IMG/VR virus record: IMGVR_UViG_3300045988_168302
Location: 1-42,096 of that record
Direction: 5' to 3' (one strand)
DNA: 42,096 nt
Origin: a virus
This document shows positions 1 to 9,564 of the stretch, one piece after another. Below the pieces are notes generated by a model. The model did no database searches. It saw nothing but the letters and a program-made list of their open reading frames with translations, and was not told the DNA's origin. The position numbers and the translations under genes are program-made. How positions within the stretch are numbered: the first letter of the stretch is position 1; each line of letters starts with the position of its first letter.

Positions 1-54
1 ATGAAGGATATAAAATTTATTATCCTGATGGTTATGTATCTTGGTGTCCTAAAG
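1..54. repeat. Terminal duplication. Positions 1..54 are identical to 42043..42096, so the window is a circularly closed or terminally redundant genome.
   Basis: Direct comparison of the first 54 nt with the last 54 nt shows an exact match. Confidence 0.9.
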
Positions 55-659
55 ACATCTTTGAAGCCCAGTATTTAGAATTAGAAAAAGAAGATACTAT
101 TACTCAAAAAGATGTCGATAATTTTGTTGCTAAAACAGATTTAGTTGAAACAAAAGAAGATGAAAAAGTATGTTTTAGATTATTGGTAACGTGTAAAAAT
201 GGTTTAATTACTGATGGAAATATAAGGAATTATTTCATACTTAAAGATTTAACAGAAGAAAAAATTGAATATATGAAAAAAAGAGTTTTAGAAGATATAA
301 AAAAAGAAATAAAAGACTATTTAGGCTTTTTATTACAATGTGCAAAAAATGGATTTAAGTATACTGAACAAAAAGAAGAAAATACAATGCAATTAAAAGA
401 TACAGTTTATTTAATGCTAAGTGATGATTATAAAAAAAGATTGATGGCGGAATATTTTCAAGCAGATATTAGAGCTAAAAAATTAAGTAAAATTTTAGAG
501 AAATATAAGCAACAGTCTTTAGATTTTAATCCTAATTGTAGTTTTGAACTTTTAAATAAAAGATTTGTTAACCTTAAGGGTTATTTAGAAACTTTAAAAG
601 AAGAAGCTGAAATCATAGGCATCAATTTAGAAAAAAGCTGTTTAGGAGTGATAAAATGA
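3..659 (+). CDS. 3' part of a wrap-around ORF that continues from 41961..42096. Hypothetical protein of about 265 aa when the two parts are joined.
   Basis: The frame is open from position 3. It is the same frame as ORF 41961.. once the 54-nt overlap is removed. It ends at 659 with TGA and has no internal start before 183. Confidence 0.55.
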   Translation, partial: EGYKIYYPDGYVSWCPKDIFEAQYLELEKEDTITQKDVDNFVAKTDLVETKEDEKVCFRLLVTCKNGLITDGNIRNYFILKDLTEEKIEYMKKRVLEDIKKEIKDYLGFLLQCAKNGFKYTEQKEENTMQLKDTVYLMLSDDYKKRLMAEYFQADIRAKKLSKILEKYKQQSLDFNPNCSFELLNKRFVNLKGYLETLKEEAEIIGINLEKSCLGVIK

Positions 660-1012
660 TTGATTTTGATTTACAGCGATTTGCTGAAGATGTTGGCGGA
701 GTAGAACCTGCTACTAGTGATAATGGCGGTCAAGGTGGCACTGAACCTAATACTACAATTCTTGGCGGTATTGGCACACAGACAAATCAAGACCCAGCAC
801 AGCCACCAACATCAAAAACAGATGATAAAGACGATAATACGCAAGGTGCTAATGTACCTGAAAAATACGATTTTACAAGTATTATTCCTGAAGGTGCAAT
901 GATTGATGAAACAGTTAGCAATAATTTTGCCGAGATTGCTAGAAGTTGCAATCTAACGCAAGAGCAGGCTAATAAAATAGGTAGTTTTGGTATTGAGTAT
1001 GCCCAGAAGTAG
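656..1012 (+). CDS. Scaffolding-like protein, N-terminal segment.
   Basis: The N-terminus MIDFDLQRFAED resembles the LQxFA motif of head scaffolding proteins. It lies immediately upstream of the major capsid gene. It ends at TAG 1010..1012 and overlaps the following open frame. Confidence 0.55.
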   Translation: MIDFDLQRFAEDVGGVEPATSDNGGQGGTEPNTTILGGIGTQTNQDPAQPPTSKTDDKDDNTQGANVPEKYDFTSIIPEGAMIDETVSNNFAEIARSCNLTQEQANKIGSFGIEYAQK

Positions 1013-1347
1013 CTCAACAAATTCAAGCACAACATGAACAAACTATACAAGGTTGGGCAGAACAAGCCAAGCAAGAACTTGGCGGAAGATATCAAGAGTA
1101 TTTATCTAGTGCAGGTAAAGCAATCGAAGCACTGACAAGAGTAAACCCACAGACTAATCAAGCACCAATTCCAAACCTTATGAATTTCTTAAATGAAACA
1201 GGTGTAGGAAATCGTATCGAAGCTATACAGATATTAGCCTATATGGGAAACCTAGTCGGTGAAGATACTCCAAGAGTAGAAGGTACTGGCGGAGTAGGAG
1301 GAAAAACAAATTTATATCCAAATACAAATTGGAATAATTATAAATAG
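997..1347 (+). CDS. Scaffolding-like protein, C-terminal segment, in the -1 frame relative to 656..1012. No start codon of its own. Probable frameshift, either programmed or a 1-nt indel.
   Basis: An open frame of 117 codons (..VAQQIQAQHEQTIQGWAEQAKQELGG..NWNNYK*) with a clearly protein-like translation. There is no ATG, GTG or TTG near its 5' end. It overlaps the upstream ORF by 16 nt. Confidence 0.45.
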   Translation, partial: VCPEVAQQIQAQHEQTIQGWAEQAKQELGGRYQEYLSSAGKAIEALTRVNPQTNQAPIPNLMNFLNETGVGNRIEAIQILAYMGNLVGEDTPRVEGTGGVGGKTNLYPNTNWNNYK

Positions 1348-1359
1348 GAGTGATAAAAA

Positions 1360-2379
1360 ATGGCAGTATTAGGAACAGAAGCATTAACGCTTTCAGATTA
1401 TAGAAAACGAATAAATCAAGATGGAAATGTTGCAGATATCATTGAAGCTTTAGAGGGTGTAAATCCTATCATAGATGATGCCGTTTGGATAGAAGGAAAC
1501 TTAAAAACAGGTAATAGAACAACTATTCGTGCAACCTTACCAACACCAAGTGAGAGATTGATTAATCATGGTATAAAAAATTCTAAATCTACAACTAGAC
1601 AAGTAGATGATACTTGTATTATTTTAGAAGACCGTTCTGAAATTGATGTGCAACTTATTGAATTAGCTAAAGATAAACAAGCTTTTAGACATAGTGAAGA
1701 TAGAGCATATGTACAAGGCTTCGCAAACGCAGTAGCTAAGAATATGTTTTATGGAGATACTGAAAGTAATCCATTTCAGTTTAATGGTTTTTCTGCTCGA
1801 TACAATATTTGTGGCGGTGATAAAAATACAGCAGGATATCAAACTATTTCTGCTGGTTCACCTGGCTCTAACACAAATACAAGTATCTATATTGTAGGTT
1901 GGGGACAACGCAATACAGTAGGTATTTATCCTCAAGGTTCTAATGCAGGATTAAGTCAAAGAGATTTAGGCGAACAAGACGCAACAGATAATGAAGGCGG
2001 TAAATATAGAGTACTTTCAACTTTATTTACATGGAAATGTGGTTTATCTGTTCAAGATATTCGCTCTAATGCACTTTTACGAAACATTGATGTATCAAAA
2101 CTTGGTTCTTTAACAAGTGCACAATCTCTTGAGTTTATGAAAAAACTTACACAAGCCAAAAATACTATTCGTCAATTAGATAATAAGAAAATTAAATATT
2201 GTATGTATGTATCTGATACAGTGTATAACTTTATGGAAAATTATCAACTTGATAAGAATAATATTCATATTACAGTAAGAGAATTTATGGACCAACCACC
2301 GATTATGTATTTTAGAGGAATACCAGTTAAAAAATGTGATGCTATCTCGGAAAAAGAAGCAGAAGTAACTACAGCATAA
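1360..2379 (+). CDS. Major capsid protein, T7 gp10A-like.
   Basis: 339 aa, close to the 345 aa of T7 gp10A. The segment DTCIILEDRSEIDVQLIELAKDKQAFRHSEDRAYVQGFANAVA matches the T7 pattern ADVLIYDIEDAMNHYDVRSEYTSQLGESLAMAADGAV. Strong RBS aggagtg. Positioned after the scaffold gene. Confidence 0.75.
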   Translation: MAVLGTEALTLSDYRKRINQDGNVADIIEALEGVNPIIDDAVWIEGNLKTGNRTTIRATLPTPSERLINHGIKNSKSTTRQVDDTCIILEDRSEIDVQLIELAKDKQAFRHSEDRAYVQGFANAVAKNMFYGDTESNPFQFNGFSARYNICGGDKNTAGYQTISAGSPGSNTNTSIYIVGWGQRNTVGIYPQGSNAGLSQRDLGEQDATDNEGGKYRVLSTLFTWKCGLSVQDIRSNALLRNIDVSKLGSLTSAQSLEFMKKLTQAKNTIRQLDNKKIKYCMYVSDTVYNFMENYQLDKNNIHITVREFMDQPPIMYFRGIPVKKCDAISEKEAEVTTA

Positions 2380-2393
2380 AGGAGTGAATAAAA

Positions 2394-2738
2394 ATGATTT
2401 TTGATGGTGAGAATTTATTTTTTAAAGAAAAAGCATTATCTAATTCTGCTTTAGAATCAGATGTTATTAGTTATGGTACAGGCGAAGCAGGAGAGCCACC
2501 ATGGGTGGTATTTATGACATCAAATGCGAGTGGTGGCAGTAGCTTATCTACTGTGATTGAAACAAGCGATAAACCAGATATGTCTAGTCCTACAGAGCTT
2601 GGAACATTCACAGGAACATCTTTTAAAGTTAAATTACCAAAAGGTAATAAAGGATATTTAAGACTTAAATCTACTTGTGATTATACAAGTGGTACAGTAA
2701 CAGCAGGCTTAGTATTAGATGTAGATACAGCATGGTAA
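2394..2738 (+). CDS. Hypothetical head-associated protein. It sits where T7 has the gp10B extension (minor capsid or decoration), but here it is a separate ORF.
   Basis: RBS aggagtgaataaaaATG. 114 aa, rich in Ser, Thr and Gly. Confidence 0.45.
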   Translation: MIFDGENLFFKEKALSNSALESDVISYGTGEAGEPPWVVFMTSNASGGSSLSTVIETSDKPDMSSPTELGTFTGTSFKVKLPKGNKGYLRLKSTCDYTSGTVTAGLVLDVDTAW

Positions 2739-2744
2739 AGGAAA

Positions 2745-3344
2745 ATGAACAATACAGATATATGTAATCTGGCACTTAGTTATTTAGGCAATCAAGGCAT
2801 ATTAAGTATTGATGATAATACGCAGACGGCTAGACTTTGCAAGACGCATTATGAACATTGTAGACGAATTGTTTTACGCAGTTATACATGGGGATTTGCA
2901 AAAAAAGTTGAGCAGTTGGCACAGGTTGATGAAAAGGTAGCAGGCTGGGGATATGTATACGCATATCCTCAAAAATGCTTGGGAATAAGATTTATATTTC
3001 CTGAAGAACTAGCAAGAGTAAAATCTGCAAAAAGAAGTGAATTTGAAACTGTATGCCTTAGTGATGATACACAGGGCATAGCTACAGATGTACAAAATGC
3101 ATGGTGTGAATATACATATGATTTGACCAATGCAGAAAGATTTAGCGAAGAATTCATTGAAGCACTAGCAAGGCTCTTGGCAAGTCATATGGCTATAGAG
3201 CTTACAGGAAATACAAATATACAGGCTAATAATTATCAGCTGTATCAAGTGGCTTTGAATTCGGCAAAACTTGCAGTAGCACAGGAAGTACAGCAAAAAC
3301 CTAGATGGCCACTAAAATATGCTAATGCTAGATTTTCAGATTAA
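2745..3344 (+). CDS. Tail tubular protein A, T7 gp11-like.
   Basis: 199 aa versus 196 aa in T7. The N-terminus ..NLALSYLGNQGILSI..ARLCKTHYEHCRRIVLRSYTWGF parallels T7 gp11 ..NDILASIGEPPVSTL..ARRILNKINRQIQSRGWTF. Confidence 0.65.
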   Translation: MNNTDICNLALSYLGNQGILSIDDNTQTARLCKTHYEHCRRIVLRSYTWGFAKKVEQLAQVDEKVAGWGYVYAYPQKCLGIRFIFPEELARVKSAKRSEFETVCLSDDTQGIATDVQNAWCEYTYDLTNAERFSEEFIEALARLLASHMAIELTGNTNIQANNYQLYQVALNSAKLAVAQEVQQKPRWPLKYANARFSD

Positions 3345-3356
3345 TGAGGTGAAATA

Positions 3357-5927
3357 ATGGCAGGACCTAATAATTTTTATGTAATACAGCCAAATTGTGC
3401 TGGCGGTGAAATTAGTCAAGACGTTGCAAGTAGGATAGATTTAGATAAATATTCTATGGCATTACTACAAGCAGAAAATGCAGTAGTACGTCCTTATGGT
3501 TCTGTACAAAAGCGAACTGGAACGATTTTTTGTGGAGAAACTAAGTATGCCGACAAAAAATCTATTCTAGTTCGCTTTGATTTTACTGTAGAGCTTTCCT
3601 ATATGTTAGAAATTGGCTACAAATATATTCGCATATGGAAAGGCAATACATACTTAAATAAGGAACTTGCAACGCCATTTGAAGAAGCAGATTTGCCAAA
3701 TTTAAGATTTGTACAATCTGTAGATGTAGTTTATATCACCAGTGGAAAATATCCAGTCAAAAAGCTTATGCGATATGCAGAAGATGATTGGCGAATTGAA
3801 GATATGGAATTTTACCCACCTGCTTTTGGTGATTTAAATAAAGATGAAGATAATTACCTTACACCGTCAGGCACAACAGGAACGATAGACATAACAGCTA
3901 CTAAAGATACTTTTACAGCAGATATGGTAGGCAATTGGATAAAAATAGAACAACGTATCACAGGTAAGACAGTAAATAATACAAATGCACAAAATGAAGA
4001 AACAAGAATATCAGGAGAATATGGAACTTATAAAATATGGAGTATAGAAATAACAGGTTCATGGGAAGGTGAAGTAAAAATACAAAAAAATGATAATGGA
4101 ACATGGACAGATTTCAAAAGTTATAAAAGTAATAGCAATGAAAGTGGTAATGGAAACTATATATTTAGAATTGTAATTAAATTAACTTTAGGAAATTGTA
4201 ATGTAAGATTAGGAACAATATTACAGGGCGTTTTTGAAACAGAATATTTTAGAGATTTTGGGTTTACTAAAAAAGATGGATTAATAACAGATTCTATTGT
4301 CATAGGTGATACATGGAAAATAATCACTCATGGTACATGGAGTGGTAGCGTTATTATAGAAAAATCTGTAGATAATGGTGCTACATGGCTACAAGAAAGA
4401 CAGTATACAAGCAATGATGACTATAATCCTACAGAAAGTGGAAGTGTAGAAGAATATTGTCTTATGCGATTGGTTTTAAATGTAACGAGTGGAAGCTGTA
4501 AAGCGGATTTATCTAGCTATCCATATACACATACTGGATATGCAAAAATAACGGAATATACAAATGCTAAACAAGTAAAAGCACAGGTACAAAGTAGTAT
4601 AAGTATGTTAGGTTCTACAGAAAAAACAATTGATTGGTATTTATCTGCATGGAGCAAGCAAAATGGATATCCAAGGTGTTGTATGTTTTTCCAAGATAGA
4701 TTAGTATTTGCAGGCTCTACAGCTAAGCCTTCACGTATTTGGCTTAGTAGAACTGGAGATTATGGAAACTTTTCTGTAGATAAAGAAGCAGGAACTGTAA
4801 CAGATGATAGTGCTATAACAGCAGATTTGATTAATCTTAAAGCATATACCATAAAGCATGTAGACGCAGGTAATGATTTGATGGTAATGACGGAAGGCAA
4901 TGAGTGGAGTATATCTGGTGGTGAAACAGTAACACCGACTAACATCACCCCACGAAATCAGCAAAACTATGGCTGTAATGATACTATTCCTGTGCGTGTG
5001 AGCAATAGAATTGTTTATGTACAAAGACGAGGTAGCATAATTCGTGATATGGGATATAGCTACGATACAGATAGTTATATTGGCATGGATTTAACGCTAC
5101 TGGCAAAACATCTTATTCGTAATCACGAGATAAGCTACAGCACTTTTACACAAGAGCCTGATAGTGTGCTGTACTTCGTGCGAGATGATGGAGTTTTAAT
5201 TTGCTTAACTTATGTACCTGACCAAAAAGTATATGCATGGTGGCATATAGTAACAGATGGAAAAATAGAAGCTATAACATCTACAGCACAGGCAAATAAT
5301 GATGTTATCTATGCAGTAATCAATCGCACTATAAATGGGCAGACAAAAAGATATATAGAGCAATTTGTCGTGGAAAATAACAGCACATATCAGCAGGACC
5401 ACATAATGACAGATTGCACAAAGATATATTCTTTTGAAGAAGCAACAACTGAACTTACTGGACTTGAACATCTTGAAGGAAAAGAAGTCTATGTAATGGC
5501 TGATGGTTATTTGCTAGATAAAATGACTGTAGCTGAAGGTAAATTAAATTTACCAAAAGAAACTAAAAATGCTTATGTAGGACTACCTTATACCATGATA
5601 ATTGAACAGCCTAATTTTGATATGACAACGCAAGATACAGGAACAATGCAGGCAAGAAAAAAAGCAGTGCAAAAATGTATCTTACGTTTACAAAATTCTT
5701 ATGGTGGCCATGTAGGAGCAAATAAAGATTGTTTAGATGATATACGATATGACAATGAGTACATGCAAATAGATGATGAAAGCAAAATACTTTATAGCGG
5801 AGATTTAGAAATCCCTATTCGTGGCGGATTTAATAATGAAGGAAGAATATATATAAAACACGATACACCATATTCTTTTAGTGTATCAGCAATAATAAGG
5901 AGTGTTACCCTTGGCAGTAGTCAATAA
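3357..5927 (+). CDS. Tail tubular protein B (nozzle), T7 gp12-like.
   Basis: 856 aa. It follows the gp11-like gene in T7 order. The N-terminal region resembles gp12 and the protein is beta-rich. Confidence 0.65.
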   Translation: MAGPNNFYVIQPNCAGGEISQDVASRIDLDKYSMALLQAENAVVRPYGSVQKRTGTIFCGETKYADKKSILVRFDFTVELSYMLEIGYKYIRIWKGNTYLNKELATPFEEADLPNLRFVQSVDVVYITSGKYPVKKLMRYAEDDWRIEDMEFYPPAFGDLNKDEDNYLTPSGTTGTIDITATKDTFTADMVGNWIKIEQRITGKTVNNTNAQNEETRISGEYGTYKIWSIEITGSWEGEVKIQKNDNGTWTDFKSYKSNSNESGNGNYIFRIVIKLTLGNCNVRLGTILQGVFETEYFRDFGFTKKDGLITDSIVIGDTWKIITHGTWSGSVIIEKSVDNGATWLQERQYTSNDDYNPTESGSVEEYCLMRLVLNVTSGSCKADLSSYPYTHTGYAKITEYTNAKQVKAQVQSSISMLGSTEKTIDWYLSAWSKQNGYPRCCMFFQDRLVFAGSTAKPSRIWLSRTGDYGNFSVDKEAGTVTDDSAITADLINLKAYTIKHVDAGNDLMVMTEGNEWSISGGETVTPTNITPRNQQNYGCNDTIPVRVSNRIVYVQRRGSIIRDMGYSYDTDSYIGMDLTLLAKHLIRNHEISYSTFTQEPDSVLYFVRDDGVLICLTYVPDQKVYAWWHIVTDGKIEAITSTAQANNDVIYAVINRTINGQTKRYIEQFVVENNSTYQQDHIMTDCTKIYSFEEATTELTGLEHLEGKEVYVMADGYLLDKMTVAEGKLNLPKETKNAYVGLPYTMIIEQPNFDMTTQDTGTMQARKKAVQKCILRLQNSYGGHVGANKDCLDDIRYDNEYMQIDDESKILYSGDLEIPIRGGFNNEGRIYIKHDTPYSFSVSAIIRSVTLGSSQ

Positions 5928-6381
5928 TTTTAATTTTTTGAGATGTAAAAAGCATGAAGAAAATTTTTTAAATGAGTTTTTAAAAGATATAAGAAAAGCA
6001 GATATTGAAGAAATATCTGCTTTTACAAATGATATTCGTAAGGAATTGGAAGAAAGTATACAAAATAGTAATGTGGCTATAAAAGTATTGAGTAAAAATA
6101 ATAAACCATTATGTATCTATGGTGTAACAAAAATTAAAGGCATTGAAGGGCATATGATATGGTGCGTAGGCACAAATGAAATGATGAAATACAAGAAAAG
6201 TTTTGTGAAGATGAGTAAACATATATTAGGCAATTGGAAAAAACAATATGGAACAATGTACAACTGTGTATCTGTAGATAATAAAAAAGCTATTGCATGG
6301 CTAAAATATCTAGGTGCTAATTTTTCTGAACCATTCCCAATAAGTGGCACTGGTAAAAATTTTATGAATTTTGTCTTATAA
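5911..6381 (+). CDS. Hypothetical internal virion protein at the gp13 position. It probably starts at TTG.
   Basis: The frame is open from GTG 5902. AAGGAG at 5896..5901 favours TTG 5911. There is no in-frame ATG until 6153. It overlaps the end of the upstream gene. Confidence 0.45.
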   Translation: MAVVNNFNFLRCKKHEENFLNEFLKDIRKADIEEISAFTNDIRKELEESIQNSNVAIKVLSKNNKPLCIYGVTKIKGIEGHMIWCVGTNEMMKYKKSFVKMSKHILGNWKKQYGTMYNCVSVDNKKAIAWLKYLGANFSEPFPISGTGKNFMNFVL

Positions 6382-6513
6382 AAATGAAAAGACCGACAAG
6401 TAAAACTTATCGGTCAGAGCAGTGGAAGTAAACACTATTTATTTTTCATCTCGATTATATGTGAACAAAATAAAAAAATCAATAGCAAAAATAAAAAATA
6501 AGGAAGTGATTTT

Positions 6514-7287
6514 ATGTGTAGTGTAATGGCAGGACTTACAGCTCTTGGTGGATATTTTAGCTATAGACAAAATAGGCAAATGGCAGACGCACAAGCACAA
6601 GCTTATAATGCACAAGCACAAGCAGCTGAACAAAATGCAAGAGTAGAAGCTAGAAAACAAGAGCAGATTGCAGATAATTATGCTCAAGAAGCTAGACGAT
6701 TAAGAGCAAGACAGCGTCTAGCTGAAGGAGCACAAAGAGCCCAAACAGGTGCATCAGGTTTAGATTTTAGCGGAAGCTCTATGGATATATTATCTAGCGG
6801 ACTAGAAGCATACAATCAAGACCAAGTTAATTTATTGAATAATCAAAGAAATGATAATTATGCAAGCCGTGTAGCACAGACGAACTATCTAAATCAAGCA
6901 AACGCTATGCGAACAGCAGCTTCAAATGTAAAAAGCCAAGCAAAAAATTCATGGTTTCCGACACTTTTGGGGACTGCTGCTAGTATCTATGGCATAGAAC
7001 AGCCATGGAAAAAAGCAAGTAGTGGCAGTAATGCTGTAGGAGCTATTACCAGTGCAGGAACGAATATGGCGATAAATTATTATACTGGTAAATCAAATAC
7101 AGCTGGTGCAGGAACAAACATGGCTATAGATTATTATTCTGGTACAAATCAAACAGGCATGACACCGCAAACAAGTGCTACAGTAAATTATTATAGCGGT
7201 AATAATGGTTGGGCATACAATAATACAGCCTTTAACAATAAGAAAAATAAATTATTCAATCAAAATCTTAATGTAATGGGGTGGTAA
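6514..7287 (+). CDS. Internal virion protein at the gp14 position.
   Basis: RBS aggaagtg. 257 aa, with a Q/A-rich coiled-coil N-terminus and a repetitive NYY/GTNMAI C-terminus. Confidence 0.5.
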   Translation: MCSVMAGLTALGGYFSYRQNRQMADAQAQAYNAQAQAAEQNARVEARKQEQIADNYAQEARRLRARQRLAEGAQRAQTGASGLDFSGSSMDILSSGLEAYNQDQVNLLNNQRNDNYASRVAQTNYLNQANAMRTAASNVKSQAKNSWFPTLLGTAASIYGIEQPWKKASSGSNAVGAITSAGTNMAINYYTGKSNTAGAGTNMAIDYYSGTNQTGMTPQTSATVNYYSGNNGWAYNNTAFNNKKNKLFNQNLNVMGW

Positions 7288-7290
7288 AAG

Positions 7291-9555
7291 ATGAAGATAA
7301 CGACATATAGTCAAGCCGTAAATCCTAGCATTATTAGTGGCCCATCAAGACAAGTAACTACAGATATAAACGCTTATGGCGGTAAGGGTAATAATTATGG
7401 TGATATGGATTCTGCACTAGGACAGGTAAACAAAGTCCTAGCACAACAGCGAGATGATGAAGATGCTACAGCTGTATTAGATGCTAAAAATAAAATCATA
7501 TCTAGCCTAACAGACCAACTATACAATTCTGAAAATGGATTGCTTACTACAGGAGTAGGGAAAAATGCACAAGGATTAACGGATAGAGTAAATCAAGCGA
7601 TACAGAAAACTACAGATGAAGTAATTAAAATGCAAAATCCTAGAGTGGCTTATCGCCTGAAAAATAGCATCACGGATAATATAAATAACTTTCAGCGTAT
7701 CGCTATGGGACAGGAACGAGAACAAAAAGAAGCCACAGATAATGCAAATTGGGACGCACTACTCTCTAATAAAGCGATATTAGCAGGCAACACTTATAGC
7801 GTACAAAATATGGTAACAAATATCATACGTGATACAGAAAGAGATTTAATCACTAGAGGAAAAACTAAGGGCTGGACAGGAGCTATATTTGAAGCCAATA
7901 GACAAAAGATGATAACGCAAATAGTAGCAAGTGCAGTGCAATCTGCTCTAAATGATAATGCTGATGATAGAGCTTTGGAGATTGCCAATAATTATAGAAA
8001 AGATATGGACCAAGGAACATATGGCAAGCTTGTAAATAGCATTAAAAAGAAAAAAGAAGTAAATGATATGTACATTGAAGCAGATAATCTGATTGTACGA
8101 GATAAAGACGGAAATATAGATTTAGAAGCTAGTAGAAAGAATGTAGAAAATAAATATGGTAGAAATGCAGTACGTTATGAAAATGACGCACCATATGACC
8201 ATTTATATGATTTAGCTTTGAGAGTAACAAAGATAACTGGCGGTAATCCAGATTTTATCTATGGACAAATGAGCCTAGAGTCTGACCATGGTAAATCTCG
8301 CTATGCTATAGAAGACCATAACTATGCAGGGCTTACTAATGGGCCATTTGCAAGTGATGATGATTTTGTACAAGCCTATGCTGATACCTTAATGCAAGAT
8401 AGATATAAAGGTTGGCAAAACGCATCTACTGCTACAGAATACGCAAACATTATGTATAATGGCGGATATTTCACAAGCGATCCAAATCAGTATGCCGTAA
8501 ATATTGATGATATCGCCAATAGCCGTAAAAAATCTAGCGGTATAACAAGTGATATGGTAGACGCAGGTGCTAATGCATGGCTAAATCAAACTATGGATAA
8601 TGGCAAAAATGGCTGTGCTGAATATGTAACAAAAGCAGGCTCTATGTATAGCCCATTCTTAAAACAAGAGTTTGATAAAGGTGTAGTCTATGTACCTACG
8701 CTAGTTGAAAATGCTAGAAGTGCTGGAATTCAAGTAACAGACTTTGACGCAAATAATCTTAAAAAAGGCGATTTGATTGTCTACTCTAGCCCATCACAAG
8801 GCAGTGATTCTCATGTCGTAATCTATGACGGTAATGGTGGATATTATGGAAATAGTAGCTCAAATAATATCACTATGCATGGCGATAACTACAACATAGA
8901 AGGACTGACACCGCAGAGAATTATTAAAACAGGTGTAACAGGTAGACAAGTATCAGGCTATGATATGCAAAAGCAATTAGACATAATGAGCATAATTGAA
9001 GGCAAATATAAAGAAGAAACTGCTATAAAAAATCAACAGCATAATAGTTATGTCACAGGCTTAGAAGAAAGTATAAGAAAAGGTGCTACTGGAAGTTATA
9101 TTGCTACTAAGCAGATGTTGGATACAGAGGCGGAAAATAAAAATATATCATGGACAGAACATGATAATTTATTAAAAATTGCTGGCGATAAATACAATAT
9201 CAATGTAGCTACAGGACAACAGAAAGGCATAAGAGGAACTGGAAGCGGTAGAGCATATAATCCAGCAAAAGACCAGCATACTTTGGCTGTAAATAATACT
9301 GCATTACGAATGGGCGAAAATCTTACACCAGAACAAATAGTAGCAGGAAATGAAGCTAGTGCAAGACTTATTGAAAATGGATATGATACTGGCGGTGCTG
9401 ACTTAGACAATCAAGATATTATGAGTGGCATTACTACACTTCTTGATAATGGTGAAACGCCAGATGATATAAAAGAAATGTTAATGGCTTCAGGAGCATC
9501 AGAATATACAGCGAATTATTATATTTCTACAATAGATAATTCGTATTATGAATAG
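7291..9555 (+). CDS. Internal virion protein carrying peptidoglycan hydrolase domains, glucosaminidase-like plus CHAP-like.
   Basis: IYGQMSLESDHGKSRYAIEDHNYAGL matches the AxxLESGWGxS..NNxFG pattern of mannosyl-glycoprotein glucosaminidases. The Cys in GKNGCAEYV (8614) and the His in DSHVVIYDGNGGYY (8812) form a CHAP-type Cys/His pair. Confidence 0.65.
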   Translation: MKITTYSQAVNPSIISGPSRQVTTDINAYGGKGNNYGDMDSALGQVNKVLAQQRDDEDATAVLDAKNKIISSLTDQLYNSENGLLTTGVGKNAQGLTDRVNQAIQKTTDEVIKMQNPRVAYRLKNSITDNINNFQRIAMGQEREQKEATDNANWDALLSNKAILAGNTYSVQNMVTNIIRDTERDLITRGKTKGWTGAIFEANRQKMITQIVASAVQSALNDNADDRALEIANNYRKDMDQGTYGKLVNSIKKKKEVNDMYIEADNLIVRDKDGNIDLEASRKNVENKYGRNAVRYENDAPYDHLYDLALRVTKITGGNPDFIYGQMSLESDHGKSRYAIEDHNYAGLTNGPFASDDDFVQAYADTLMQDRYKGWQNASTATEYANIMYNGGYFTSDPNQYAVNIDDIANSRKKSSGITSDMVDAGANAWLNQTMDNGKNGCAEYVTKAGSMYSPFLKQEFDKGVVYVPTLVENARSAGIQVTDFDANNLKKGDLIVYSSPSQGSDSHVVIYDGNGGYYGNSSSNNITMHGDNYNIEGLTPQRIIKTGVTGRQVSGYDMQKQLDIMSIIEGKYKEETAIKNQQHNSYVTGLEESIRKGATGSYIATKQMLDTEAENKNISWTEHDNLLKIAGDKYNINVATGQQKGIRGTGSGRAYNPAKDQHTLAVNNTALRMGENLTPEQIVAGNEASARLIENGYDTGGADLDNQDIMSGITTLLDNGETPDDIKEMLMASGASEYTANYYISTIDNSYYE

Positions 9556-9564
9556 GAGTAAAAT

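Noticed and set aside
787-1095. 102-aa minus-strand ORF antisense to the scaffold region, plus the 61-aa plus-strand ORF at 717..902.
   Set aside because: They lie entirely inside or opposite a well-supported structural gene. Neither has an RBS. Both are low-complexity frame artefacts.
2245-2256. CAACTTGATAAG inside the capsid gene, resembling the phiX nick site.
   Set aside because: It is internal to a coding region with no adjacent hairpin and far from rep. It is most likely a chance occurrence, which is also why the origin call at 32987 is held at moderate confidence.
6382-6513. Weak hairpin gaccga-N14-tcggtc in the 132-nt gap inside the virion-protein block.
   Set aside because: The stem is only 6 bp and has no T-run on the coding strand. 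It may be an internal promoter region, but nothing specific is supportable.
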